This document shows positions 9,234-17,724 of a stretch of DNA of 64,000 bases, piece by piece (the first letter of the stretch is position 1; each line of letters starts with the position of its first letter). The DNA lies in NCBI GenBank assembly GCA_965261085.1, contig OZ253442.1, forward strand, positions 1,536,001 to 1,600,000, in the 5' to 3' direction. The notes beneath the pieces are model-generated. The model saw only the letters and a list, made by a program, of their open reading frames with translations, did no database searches and was not told where the DNA came from. Origin of the DNA: a bacterium (GTDB lineage: Bacteria > UBA8248). A program made the position numbers and the translations under genes.

Positions 9234-10495
9234 GCGCGCAGGTATTCATCACGGGTCTCGGCATGGTGACCTCGCTGGGCGCCGACGTGGAAACCTCGTG
9301 GCGACGTGCGCTGGCCGGTGAATCGGGCATCGCGCCGATAGAATCTTTCGACGCGAAGGCGCTGCCCATCGCCGGAGCAGGGGAGGTTTCAGAGGAAACG
9401 CTCCTCGCCATCAGGGAGAGGCTGCCCGAAGAATACGCGGGAGAGGGCGAGTGCAGGGTGTTGTTCGCGCTCGATGCCGCGCAGAGCGCGGTGGCCGACG
9501 CCGGGATGCGCCCCGGCGATTATGCGCCCGAGCGCGCGGGCGTGGTGATGGGAACCGGGCTGAGCAGCTACCGGCTGGAAGATTTTTCCGCCTGGGCGGA
9601 CCCGGAAAACGGTTTCGACGCCGCGCGCTTCGCCAGAGAACTCGACAAGACGCAAGTATCGGGCTACTTCAACAACCCGCCCGAGCGGGCGACGTCGAAG
9701 ATTGCGGAGTGGTTCGAACTCGGGGGCCCCACCGGCACCATCACCTCCGCCTGCGCGGCGGCGGGACAGGCGATAGGCCTCGGGATGCGCATGATCCGCA
9801 GGGGCGAGGCGGACGTGGTTCTTTGCGGCGGGGCCGATTCGATGATCCATCCCGTCGGGATGGCCATATTCCTCCTGCTGGGCGCCGCGTCAAAATCGAA
9901 AGACCCCGTTTGCCGCCCGTTCGACAGGAGACGCTCCGGCCTCGCCGTGGGCGAGGGAGCGGGCGTGGTGGTTCTCGAATCAGAAGCCCATGCGCGCAAG
10001 AGGGGCGCTGCGCCCTATGCCGCCCTGTCGGGCTATGGCGCGAGCATGGACGCCCACCAGGTGACGGCCCCCCACCCGGCGGGCCGTGGCGCAGTTCGCT
10101 CGATGAGCGAGGCGATAGAAGATGCGGGTCTCGCGCCTTCCGACGTCGTCTACGTCAACGCGCACGGCACGGGCACGAAACTAAACGATCCGGTCGAGAG
10201 CAGGGCGATCCGCGAGGTGTTCGGCGCGCGGGCGGATTCGCTGGCGGTGAGTTCTTCCAAATCCATGATCGGGCATTTGATAGCCGCCTGCGGCGCGCCC
10301 GAGTTCATCTTCACGGCCTTGAGCGTCGCGCGCGACATCGTGCATCCTACGACGAACCTGGAGAACCCGGACCCGAAGTGTAATCTCGACTACGTGGCCG
10401 AGGGGGCGAGAGAGATGCCCGTGCCCGCCGCCATCACGAATTCCTTCGGCTTCGGCGGTCAAAACGCCACCCTCCTCGTGAGAAAGGCGGCTTAG
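9230..10495 (+). CDS. Beta-ketoacyl-ACP synthase (FabF-like) 2, intact Cys-His-His
   Basis: SACAAA, NAHGTGT, GHLIAA and NSFGFGG. Confidence 0.93.
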   Translation: MSAQVFITGLGMVTSLGADVETSWRRALAGESGIAPIESFDAKALPIAGAGEVSEETLLAIRERLPEEYAGEGECRVLFALDAAQSAVADAGMRPGDYAPERAGVVMGTGLSSYRLEDFSAWADPENGFDAARFARELDKTQVSGYFNNPPERATSKIAEWFELGGPTGTITSACAAAGQAIGLGMRMIRRGEADVVLCGGADSMIHPVGMAIFLLLGAASKSKDPVCRPFDRRRSGLAVGEGAGVVVLESEAHARKRGAAPYAALSGYGASMDAHQVTAPHPAGRGAVRSMSEAIEDAGLAPSDVVYVNAHGTGTKLNDPVESRAIREVFGARADSLAVSSSKSMIGHLIAACGAPEFIFTALSVARDIVHPTTNLENPDPKCNLDYVAEGAREMPVPAAITNSFGFGGQNATLLVRKAA

Positions 10496-10520
10496 AGACT
10501 TAGAAGAAAGGTGATTCAGA

Positions 10521-11273
10521 ATGAAAATCGATTTAAGCGGAAAAATTGCGCTGGTGACCGGAGGCGGGCGGGGCATCGGACGCGCCTGCTGCACGGCCCT
10601 GGCCGAGGCGGGCGCTTCGGTGGCGGTCAACTACAGCCGCTCGGCCGAGGCCGCCGAGGAAGTGAAACAGGAGATCGAGTCAGCCGGCGGCAAGGCGCTC
10701 ACCTACCAGGCCGACGTTTCCTCTTATGAGGAGGTGACGGCGATGTTCGATAAGGTGAAGGAGGATTTCGGCACGCTCGACATCCTGGTGAACAACGCGG
10801 GCGTCATCCAGGACGGTCTGCTGCTCACGATGAAGCCCGCCGGCTGGCGGAAGGTCATCGGCGTAAGCCTGGACGGCGCCTTTCACTGCACGAAGGCGGC
10901 GGGCGAGATTATGTTCAGAAAGCGTTCCGGCAAGGTGATCAGCATCTCCTCGGTCATGGGAGTCTCGGGCGGGGCCGGGCAGACGAACTACGCTTCCGCC
11001 AAGGCGGGCATCATCGCCTTCATGCGCGCCTGCGCCGCCGAAATGGGAAAACGGGGTATTCAGTTCAACACCATTTTGCCGGGGATGATCGTCACCGACA
11101 TGAGCGAGCGCGTGCGCGAGAAGGGTGGAGACGTGATTTTAGGGCGCATACCGGCTGGCCGCTTTGGTGAACCCGAGGACGTGGCCAGGCTCGTGGTGTT
11201 CCTGGCTTCGGCGCAATCGGATTACATCACCGGTCAGGCGATAGCTGTGGATGGCGGCCTGCTTACCGGCTGA
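10521..11273 (+). CDS. fabG: 3-oxoacyl-ACP reductase
   Basis: TGGGRGIG, NNAG and GQTNYASAK. Confidence 0.88.
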   Translation: MKIDLSGKIALVTGGGRGIGRACCTALAEAGASVAVNYSRSAEAAEEVKQEIESAGGKALTYQADVSSYEEVTAMFDKVKEDFGTLDILVNNAGVIQDGLLLTMKPAGWRKVIGVSLDGAFHCTKAAGEIMFRKRSGKVISISSVMGVSGGAGQTNYASAKAGIIAFMRACAAEMGKRGIQFNTILPGMIVTDMSERVREKGGDVILGRIPAGRFGEPEDVARLVVFLASAQSDYITGQAIAVDGGLLTG

Positions 11274-11292
11274 AGGCGGAGGAGTTTTGGGG

Positions 11293-11709
11293 ATGCGGCT
11301 GTACCAGGGGGTGGATTTGGTGGAGGTGGCGCGCTTGAAGGAGGCCTACGAGCGTCACGAGGCGTTCGGCGAAGACGTGTTCACGGAAGCCGAGCGCGCC
11401 TATTGCTTGAAGCGCCGCAATCCCTATCCCCATTTCGCGGCCCGCTTCGCGGCGAAAGAGGCCTGCCTCAAGGCCTTCGGACTCGGTCTTTCCGAACCGG
11501 GCGGGCTGGGCGGTCGAGGCCGTCTGCGCGAGATCGAAGTGGAATCGGCGGCCTCGGGCAAGCCCACGCTCAAGCTGAGCGGTTCGATGGAGCGCATGAG
11601 CGCGAGAAAGAAGATCACCCAGTCCACCATTTCGCTGAGCCATACGCTGGAGTTGGCGGTGGCCCAGGTGATTCTCTTAAGCGATGACGGGCCGGAAGAA
11701 ATCGGCTAG
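11293..11709 (+). CDS. acpS: Holo-ACP synthase (phosphopantetheinyl transferase)
   Basis: GVDLVE, FTEAE, ARFAAKEA, GKP and SLSH; start after GGAG at about 11281. Confidence 0.92.
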   Translation: MRLYQGVDLVEVARLKEAYERHEAFGEDVFTEAERAYCLKRRNPYPHFAARFAAKEACLKAFGLGLSEPGGLGGRGRLREIEVESAASGKPTLKLSGSMERMSARKKITQSTISLSHTLELAVAQVILLSDDGPEEIG

Positions 11710-11721
11710 GGGGTTGTTCGT

Positions 11722-12174
11722 TTGAGATACATGCTCGTGGACAGGGTGATGGCGTGGGAGGCGGGAGCCTCCATACAGGGGGTGAAGAACGTCACGATGA
11801 GCGAGGATTTTCTGGAGTTTCACTTTCCCCGGTTTCCCGTCATGCCGGGTGCGATGATATTCGAGGGTCTCGTCCAGCTTGCCGGCTGGCTCGAGGCGGC
11901 GGGCTCTGATTTTGCGAACTGGATTCTTTTGGAAAAGGTTCGCAGCGTCAGGTACTATGGATTCGCCTTTCCGGGGGATCAGGTCCTCCTGAACGTGGAG
12001 GCGCGGGGAGAGGAAGAAGGACTCAGGAATTTCAGGGGTGTGGCCACCGTGGAGGGGGAACGCCGGGTGGTCGCCGATTTTGGGGCAAAGGTGGTGCGGC
12101 TTGCGGATTACGAGGATCCTGAAGAGCAGCGTCATCATTTTCGTGTTCTCGGCCGCGAGATTCGGTTGAGTTAG
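11722..12174 (+). CDS. FabZ-like dehydratase 2
   Basis: LVDRV, KNVT and HFPRFPVMPGAMIFEGLVQ. Confidence 0.9.
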   Translation: MRYMLVDRVMAWEAGASIQGVKNVTMSEDFLEFHFPRFPVMPGAMIFEGLVQLAGWLEAAGSDFANWILLEKVRSVRYYGFAFPGDQVLLNVEARGEEEGLRNFRGVATVEGERRVVADFGAKVVRLADYEDPEEQRHHFRVLGREIRLS

Positions 12175-12186
12175 GCGGGATGACCG

Positions 12187-13485
12187 ATGCGAGGCGCGGA
12201 TGTGTGGATCACGGGCGTGGGGTTGCTGACTTCTGTGGGCGAGAGCGCCCCGGAGAACTGGGAAGCGTTTCGCGCCGGCAGAAGCGGCGTCGCCTATCAT
12301 CCAGGCGAGGAGAACGACTCTTTTCCGGATAATTTCTTCTACCGTGGCGCAATCCCCGGCCACGAAGACCCGCCCGAGGTGCCGCCCAGACTCGCGAGCC
12401 AGCGGAAATTCCTGAACAGAAGCTCCATCCTGGGGCTTTACGCGGCGGCGGAAGCGGTGGCTTGCGCCGGCCTCGACATAGGGGAGGTGGCGCCCGAGAG
12501 AAAGTCCCTCTATGTGGGCGCCGGCGATTTCACGCGGGTGGGCTATGTGGATTTCTACGCGGCGCTCAAACAGACCGCCGGCGAGGCGTGGGATGTACCG
12601 AAGCCTGAGTCCCTCAACGAAGCGGCGCTCCACAAGGTAAGCCCTTTTTTCCTGCTCGAGGGCCTGCCGAACAATCTGTTCAGCTATCTATCTGCCATGT
12701 ACGAATTCATGGGGCCGAACGGCAGCTTCTCCAGCCTTTCTTCGTGCGGCGCGCAGGCGCTCGAGAATTGCGACCGCGTGCTTCGCTTTGGGGAGGCCGA
12801 TGTCGGCCTGATCGTAGGTTGCGGAAGCTGGGCGCACCCCGTGATGCTTCTGGAACTGGACGGCCTGGGTATTCTCTCCCGGGCGAAAGATGGTCCTGCG
12901 TCGTTTCGGCCTTTCGACAAGAGGCGCGATGGATTCTTCCCCGGAGAAGGGGCCGCCGCCCTGGTGCTGGAGAGCGCCGAATCCGCCCGGGCGCGGGGCG
13001 CGAAGCCCCTGGGCCGCGTCATCGGCGCGGCGAATTGCCAGGAATTCTCCTCTGAGCGCTATATTCCCGTTCCAACTGGAGCGGTGCGCCATTCGGTGGA
13101 ATCGGCCATGGCCGAGGCGGGCCTCGCGCCCGATGATCTGGCTTTCATCCTTCCCCACGGGAGCGCGACGCCCCAAGGAGACGCGGGCGAATTGTCCGCC
13201 TTGCTCTCGTATTGCGGCGAAGCGAAAGGCGCGATTCCGCTCGCGGGCTGGAAGCCCTATACGGGACACATGGGCTCCGCCAGTGATTTGAGCGAGATGA
13301 TCCTGGGGCTCTCCGCCCTCAAAGACGGCCGCCTCCCGCCCACGCCGGGTTTGGAGCAAAAAGACGATGCGTTCGAGGCCCTCCACATCCCCACCGAAGA
13401 ATGCGCCGTCGCGGGGGCTGCGTTCTTGTCCTTGAGTCACGGCATCGGCGGGCAATCCTCCGCAACCATCGTCGCCGCGCAGTGA
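12187..13485 (+). CDS. Ketosynthase-fold protein, Cys->Ser variant with both His
   Basis: GPNGSFSSLSSCGAQA has Ser at the catalytic position and Cys displaced +2; HGSAT, GHMGSA and RPFD are present. Confidence 0.85.
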   Translation: MRGADVWITGVGLLTSVGESAPENWEAFRAGRSGVAYHPGEENDSFPDNFFYRGAIPGHEDPPEVPPRLASQRKFLNRSSILGLYAAAEAVACAGLDIGEVAPERKSLYVGAGDFTRVGYVDFYAALKQTAGEAWDVPKPESLNEAALHKVSPFFLLEGLPNNLFSYLSAMYEFMGPNGSFSSLSSCGAQALENCDRVLRFGEADVGLIVGCGSWAHPVMLLELDGLGILSRAKDGPASFRPFDKRRDGFFPGEGAAALVLESAESARARGAKPLGRVIGAANCQEFSSERYIPVPTGAVRHSVESAMAEAGLAPDDLAFILPHGSATPQGDAGELSALLSYCGEAKGAIPLAGWKPYTGHMGSASDLSEMILGLSALKDGRLPPTPGLEQKDDAFEALHIPTEECAVAGAAFLSLSHGIGGQSSATIVAAQ

Positions 13486-14468
13486 ACAAATCCGGGAAAC
13501 CCAAAAAGAGAAGGCGGAGCAAAGACAAGGGCGCATTTCACCAATGGGTGGAATACGCCGTACTCGTCTCGTTTCTGAAGCTGATTCGCCTGCTGCCCTA
13601 CGGGGCTTGCCGCGCCGTCGCCGCCGTGGCGGGAGAGGCGATTTTCCGGTTCGCTCCCAGGAGAAGGCGCATCGCGCGGGCCAACCTGCGCATTGCCTTT
13701 CCCGAACTCGACGAGACGCAGCGCCTGGTTCTGGCGAGGCGCAGTTGCCGTTCGTTCGTCCTCACCTGTCTGGAGGGTGCGAAGTTTCTCTATCGCTTCG
13801 AGCCGCGACGCGCAGAGGAGACGATGCGCGAGATCGTGGACGGGGCGGAGGAGATGTTCGAAAAGGTGCGCGCGGTTCACGAAGACGCGGGCGGCTGTGT
13901 GTTCGTCGTGCCGCATTTGGGGAACTGGGAGTGCCTCGCCCATGCCGGCGCGCTGGCGGGGATTCCGCTCACCATACCCGTGCGTCCCCTGGACAACCGG
14001 AAGCTCGAAGCCTTGCTGTATGAAATGCGCGCGTCCTCCGGGCAGGAGATACTCGCCAAGAAAAACGCTTTCTTCCATCTGCGCGAGGCGCTGCGCAAGG
14101 GTCGCTCGGTGGCGATTCTGGCGGACCAGAACGCGGGCGGCGAGGGGATAGACGCGCCGTTTTTCGGCAAGCCCGCCAGGACGACGCCGGCCCCCGCCGC
14201 GCTCGCGGTTTTGTACAACCGGCCCATCGTGCTGATTTCGTGCCTGAGAAAAGGGGATGGCCGGCGCTATGAGATATTGGTGAGCGAACCGGTAGTCCCC
14301 GATATGGATGCGCAAAGCGCGAAGGGGGAAATCGAGAGGCTCACGAGGGCGGTGAACGAGGAGACGGAAAATTTCATACGGAAAGGGCCGGAGCAGTACC
14401 TATGGATACACGACAGGTGGAAACTCACCAAAAAAGTAGGACCCGCGCGTTGGGCCGACTCAAATTGA
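13482..14468 (+). CDS. Lipid A acyltransferase family (LpxL/HtrB/LpxXL-like)
   Basis: HLGNWE (H-x4-E), RPLDN, ILADQ, FFG and PEQYLWIHDRWK; GTGA overlap with the upstream KS. Confidence 0.9.
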   Translation: MNKSGKPKKRRRSKDKGAFHQWVEYAVLVSFLKLIRLLPYGACRAVAAVAGEAIFRFAPRRRRIARANLRIAFPELDETQRLVLARRSCRSFVLTCLEGAKFLYRFEPRRAEETMREIVDGAEEMFEKVRAVHEDAGGCVFVVPHLGNWECLAHAGALAGIPLTIPVRPLDNRKLEALLYEMRASSGQEILAKKNAFFHLREALRKGRSVAILADQNAGGEGIDAPFFGKPARTTPAPAALAVLYNRPIVLISCLRKGDGRRYEILVSEPVVPDMDAQSAKGEIERLTRAVNEETENFIRKGPEQYLWIHDRWKLTKKVGPARWADSN

Positions 14469-14867
14469 GGATTGAGAGGGAGAGGCGGTTTCTTCCAGGT
14501 GCATGAAGAAGGGGACGCCCAGTTTCTTCAGTTTCGCCTCGATCTTTTCCGTGCAATCGCAATCGCCGCAGACGGGATAGCCCTCGCAATCTTCGAGTTT
14601 TCGGGCGAAGCGCACGTCGATTTCCTCGAAATACGCCTCCCAGTAGGGCAGTTCCTCGTACAGTTCATAACCCGGCCCGAACGCCTCGCGGCAGTAGCAG
14701 ACCTCAAGCCAGCGGACCTCGCCCTCGGTCGTGAGCCTCGCATCTTTCATGCATTTCAGGAAAGTTTTATGCGCGATGGAGCCGCGCCCGAGTTCGCCCG
14801 ATTCGATGGCTTCGAGCAAGGCGGCGCTTTTCCCATCGATGACTTTTCCGCGCACCAGATATCGCAT
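14460..14867 (-). CDS. Hypothetical protein with Cys motifs
   Basis: GGAGG SD upstream; CYC and C-x5-C-x2-C-x-C motifs. Confidence 0.75.
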   Translation of the reverse strand: MRYLVRGKVIDGKSAALLEAIESGELGRGSIAHKTFLKCMKDARLTTEGEVRWLEVCYCREAFGPGYELYEELPYWEAYFEEIDVRFARKLEDCEGYPVCGDCDCTEKIEAKLKKLGVPFFMHLEETASPSQSSI

Positions 14868-14977
14868 GGAACCTCCACGCCTTTTTCATGAACCATTCAT
14901 TCGATTGTAACATAAGCGTTATGATTCATGTATAGATTGGCGAAGGCTTCGAGCATCGAAGGCGTGCGAGAGCAGGG

Positions 14978-16468
14978 ATGAGCTCGATGAACCCGGGAGT
15001 CGGTGGCATGACGGAAAAACCAATCGAAATCACCATGGTGGCGAGCGAGATGTTTCCCTTCGCCAAATCGGGCGGGCTGGGCGACGTCATCGGCGCGCTG
15101 CCGGCGGCGCTGAGGCGAATGGGCCACAATGTCTGTGTCTACCTGCCCGCGTACCGCGCCATTCTCCGTAAATACGAGCCCGGCTCCCCCGCGCAGGTCG
15201 CAGACGTCTTCTCGGATGCGCGCTACGAGGTGTTCTCGCTGGAGCACGAGGGCGTTTCGGTCAAACTCGTCGCTGCGGATGAGCTGTTCGATCGGGACGG
15301 GTTCTACGGAGACGCAGACGGGGCGTTTCCCGACAACGCGGAGCGCTTCGCCCGTTTCGCCCGGGGCGCGCTCTCCCACATGGAACGGGAAGGGGCGTAT
15401 CCGTCCGTCATCCATTGCCATGACTGGCAAAGCGCCCTGATACCCCCCTTGTTGAAATATCGCCGCGCGGACGATGCGAATTGGAGCGGTGTTTCCACCG
15501 TTTTCACCATCCACAACCTGGCGTATCAGGGCCGCTTCCACCCGGATGATTTCGCGCACACTTGCCTTCCCGATGAGGCGATGGGCTTCGAGGGCCTGGA
15601 ATTTCACGACGACGTGAACTTCATGAAGGGCGGCATCTTGTTCAGCGACGTCTTCTCGACGGTGAGCGAGCGGTATGCGCAGGAGATGCTGACGAAAGAA
15701 CAGGGAGAGGGGCTCGAAGGGGTGGTCGCTCTCAAATCTTCTTCTTTGTTCGGCATCATGAACGGCATCGACGATGGGGTCTGGAATCCCGAAAGCGACC
15801 CCCACGTTCCGGATCCGTTCTCGAGCGCGCATCCGGAAGCGAAGGGGAAGTGCAAGGCGGCGCTGCAGGCTGAATTGGGGTTGGACCCGGACGCAAAGGG
15901 GCCTTTATGCGTCGTCGTCTCGCGGCTCGCGCATCAGAAGGGAATCGACCTGATTCTCGAAACGATGGACGAGTTGATGGATTCAGGCGTAAGCCTGGCT
16001 GTCCTGGGAACCGGCGAGGAGGAGTTGGAGGAAGCCCTGGCGGAGGCCGCCGCGGCCCACCCGGGCCGGGTGGCTTTCGCGCCCGCCTACGACGAGGCGC
16101 TCTCTCACCGCATGTACGCAGGAGGCGACGTTTTGCTGATGCCCTCGCGCTATGAGCCTTCAGGCCTGAACCAGCTATACGCCATGCGCTACGGCGCCCT
16201 CCCTTACGTGCGGCGGGTCGGCGGACTCGCGGATTCTGTTTCTTCATCTCCCGTACCTGCGCCGGACGTGGACACCGGCTTTCATTTCGACGCCTTCGCT
16301 CCTGCCGATTTCCTCGCAGGAATGAAGGGGATTTGCCGGGTGTTTTTGGATCAGGGGCTTTGGCGTATGATGATGCGAAACGCGATGGATAAGAACTCCG
16401 GTTGGGACGGCGTCGCGCCCCGTTATGTCGATTTATACGAAAAGGCGATGCGCCCGCAGCCGCGTTGA
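14978..16468 (+). CDS. glgA: Glycogen synthase
   Basis: KSGGLGDV, HCHDWQ, TIHNLAYQG, SRLAHQKG and PSRYEP. Confidence 0.95.
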   Translation: MSSMNPGVGGMTEKPIEITMVASEMFPFAKSGGLGDVIGALPAALRRMGHNVCVYLPAYRAILRKYEPGSPAQVADVFSDARYEVFSLEHEGVSVKLVAADELFDRDGFYGDADGAFPDNAERFARFARGALSHMEREGAYPSVIHCHDWQSALIPPLLKYRRADDANWSGVSTVFTIHNLAYQGRFHPDDFAHTCLPDEAMGFEGLEFHDDVNFMKGGILFSDVFSTVSERYAQEMLTKEQGEGLEGVVALKSSSLFGIMNGIDDGVWNPESDPHVPDPFSSAHPEAKGKCKAALQAELGLDPDAKGPLCVVVSRLAHQKGIDLILETMDELMDSGVSLAVLGTGEEELEEALAEAAAAHPGRVAFAPAYDEALSHRMYAGGDVLLMPSRYEPSGLNQLYAMRYGALPYVRRVGGLADSVSSSPVPAPDVDTGFHFDAFAPADFLAGMKGICRVFLDQGLWRMMMRNAMDKNSGWDGVAPRYVDLYEKAMRPQPR

Positions 16469-16494
16469 GACGAGTCGAACAAAGGAGCCAGAGT

Positions 16495-17724
16495 TTGGAT
16501 TCGCGTGATCCCAGAGTCATAGCTTTCGTCATGGCGGGCGGCGCCGGAAACAGGCTTCGCCCCTTGACGGTCGCGCGCGGCAAGCCGGCCGTGCCGTTCG
16601 GCTCGAAATACCGCATCATCGACTTCGCGTTGAGCAATCTGGTGAACTCGGGCTATCAGTCCATCTACGTGCTGGTGCAATATCTGGCGCAATCGTTGAT
16701 CGAGCATCTGAGGCGCTCTTGGAACATCAGCGGGACGCTGGGCAAGAATTTCGTGACGGCCGTCCCGCCCCAGCAGCGCGCAGGCGAGTTCTGGTTCAAG
16801 GGTACGGCCGATTCCATCCATCAGAACAGAAACCTGGTGACCGACAATGCGCCCGACATCGTTCTGGTGTTCGGGGCGGACCATATCTACCGCATGGACG
16901 TGAGCCAGATGGTTCGCTTTCATCTCGAAAGCGGGGCGGATGCGACCATATCGGCCCTGCCCGCCCCCATCGAAGACGCCCGAGAATTCGGGGTGCTGGC
17001 CGTGGACGAGGCGGGACGGGTGGAGAGTTTCGATGAAAAGCCCGCCCACCCACGGCCCATGCCGGGTGATCCCTCGCGCGCCCTGTGCTCCATGGGAAAT
17101 TATGTGTTTTCCTCCCAGGTGCTGGTGGATGCGCTCATCAGCGACGCGGCGCGCGAAGGGGAGCACGACTTCGGGCGCACCATTATCCCCGCCTTGCTGG
17201 GCGAGCGTAAAATACTCTACGCCTATGATTTCATGAAAAACGAGATCCCGGGGGTGAGGCCCACCGAGGAGAAGGGCTACTGGCGCGACGTGGGCACCAT
17301 CAAGACCTACTGGGAGACGCAGATGGACCTGTTGGGAGAGGCGCCGCTCCTTGATCTGAGCAACCCCGACTGGCCGATACACACCAGCGCATACCCGGGG
17401 CCGGGCAGCCGAATCGTATCCACGCAGGTGGAAAACGCCCTCATCGGTGAGGGATGCCAGATTGTGGGCGCGCGAATCGAGCGCTCCGTCATCGGTCGCG
17501 GCGTGGTCATCGAAAAAGGGGCGGAGATCACCGATTCCATCGTCATGGATCACACCCACATCGGGGCGGGGGCTAAACTGGAAAAAGCGATCCTCGACAG
17601 GTTCAACCAGATCGGGGCGGGCGCTTCGGTGGTGGTTGAAGAGGCCGAATCCTTCCCCGGCGCCGTCGCCGATCCTTCCGGCATCATCGTCTTGCCGCGC
17701 GGGTTCACCCGGCCCGTCATATGA
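16495..17724 (+). CDS. glgC: Glucose-1-phosphate adenylyltransferase
   Basis: AGGAGNRLRPLT, KPAVPFG, KGTAD, DHIYRMD and YWRDVGT; TTG start at 16495 after AAGGAG. Confidence 0.96.
   Translation: MDSRDPRVIAFVMAGGAGNRLRPLTVARGKPAVPFGSKYRIIDFALSNLVNSGYQSIYVLVQYLAQSLIEHLRRSWNISGTLGKNFVTAVPPQQRAGEFWFKGTADSIHQNRNLVTDNAPDIVLVFGADHIYRMDVSQMVRFHLESGADATISALPAPIEDAREFGVLAVDEAGRVESFDEKPAHPRPMPGDPSRALCSMGNYVFSSQVLVDALISDAAREGEHDFGRTIIPALLGERKILYAYDFMKNEIPGVRPTEEKGYWRDVGTIKTYWETQMDLLGEAPLLDLSNPDWPIHTSAYPGPGSRIVSTQVENALIGEGCQIVGARIERSVIGRGVVIEKGAEITDSIVMDHTHIGAGAKLEKAILDRFNQIGAGASVVVEEAESFPGAVADPSGIIVLPRGFTRPVI

Noticed and set aside
4742-14468. Calling the cluster aryl-polyene or ladderane biosynthesis
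   Set aside because: Lacks the aromatic acyl ligase, glycosyltransferase, LolA/MMPL, desaturase and radical SAM genes, and contains an enoyl-reductase-like gene.
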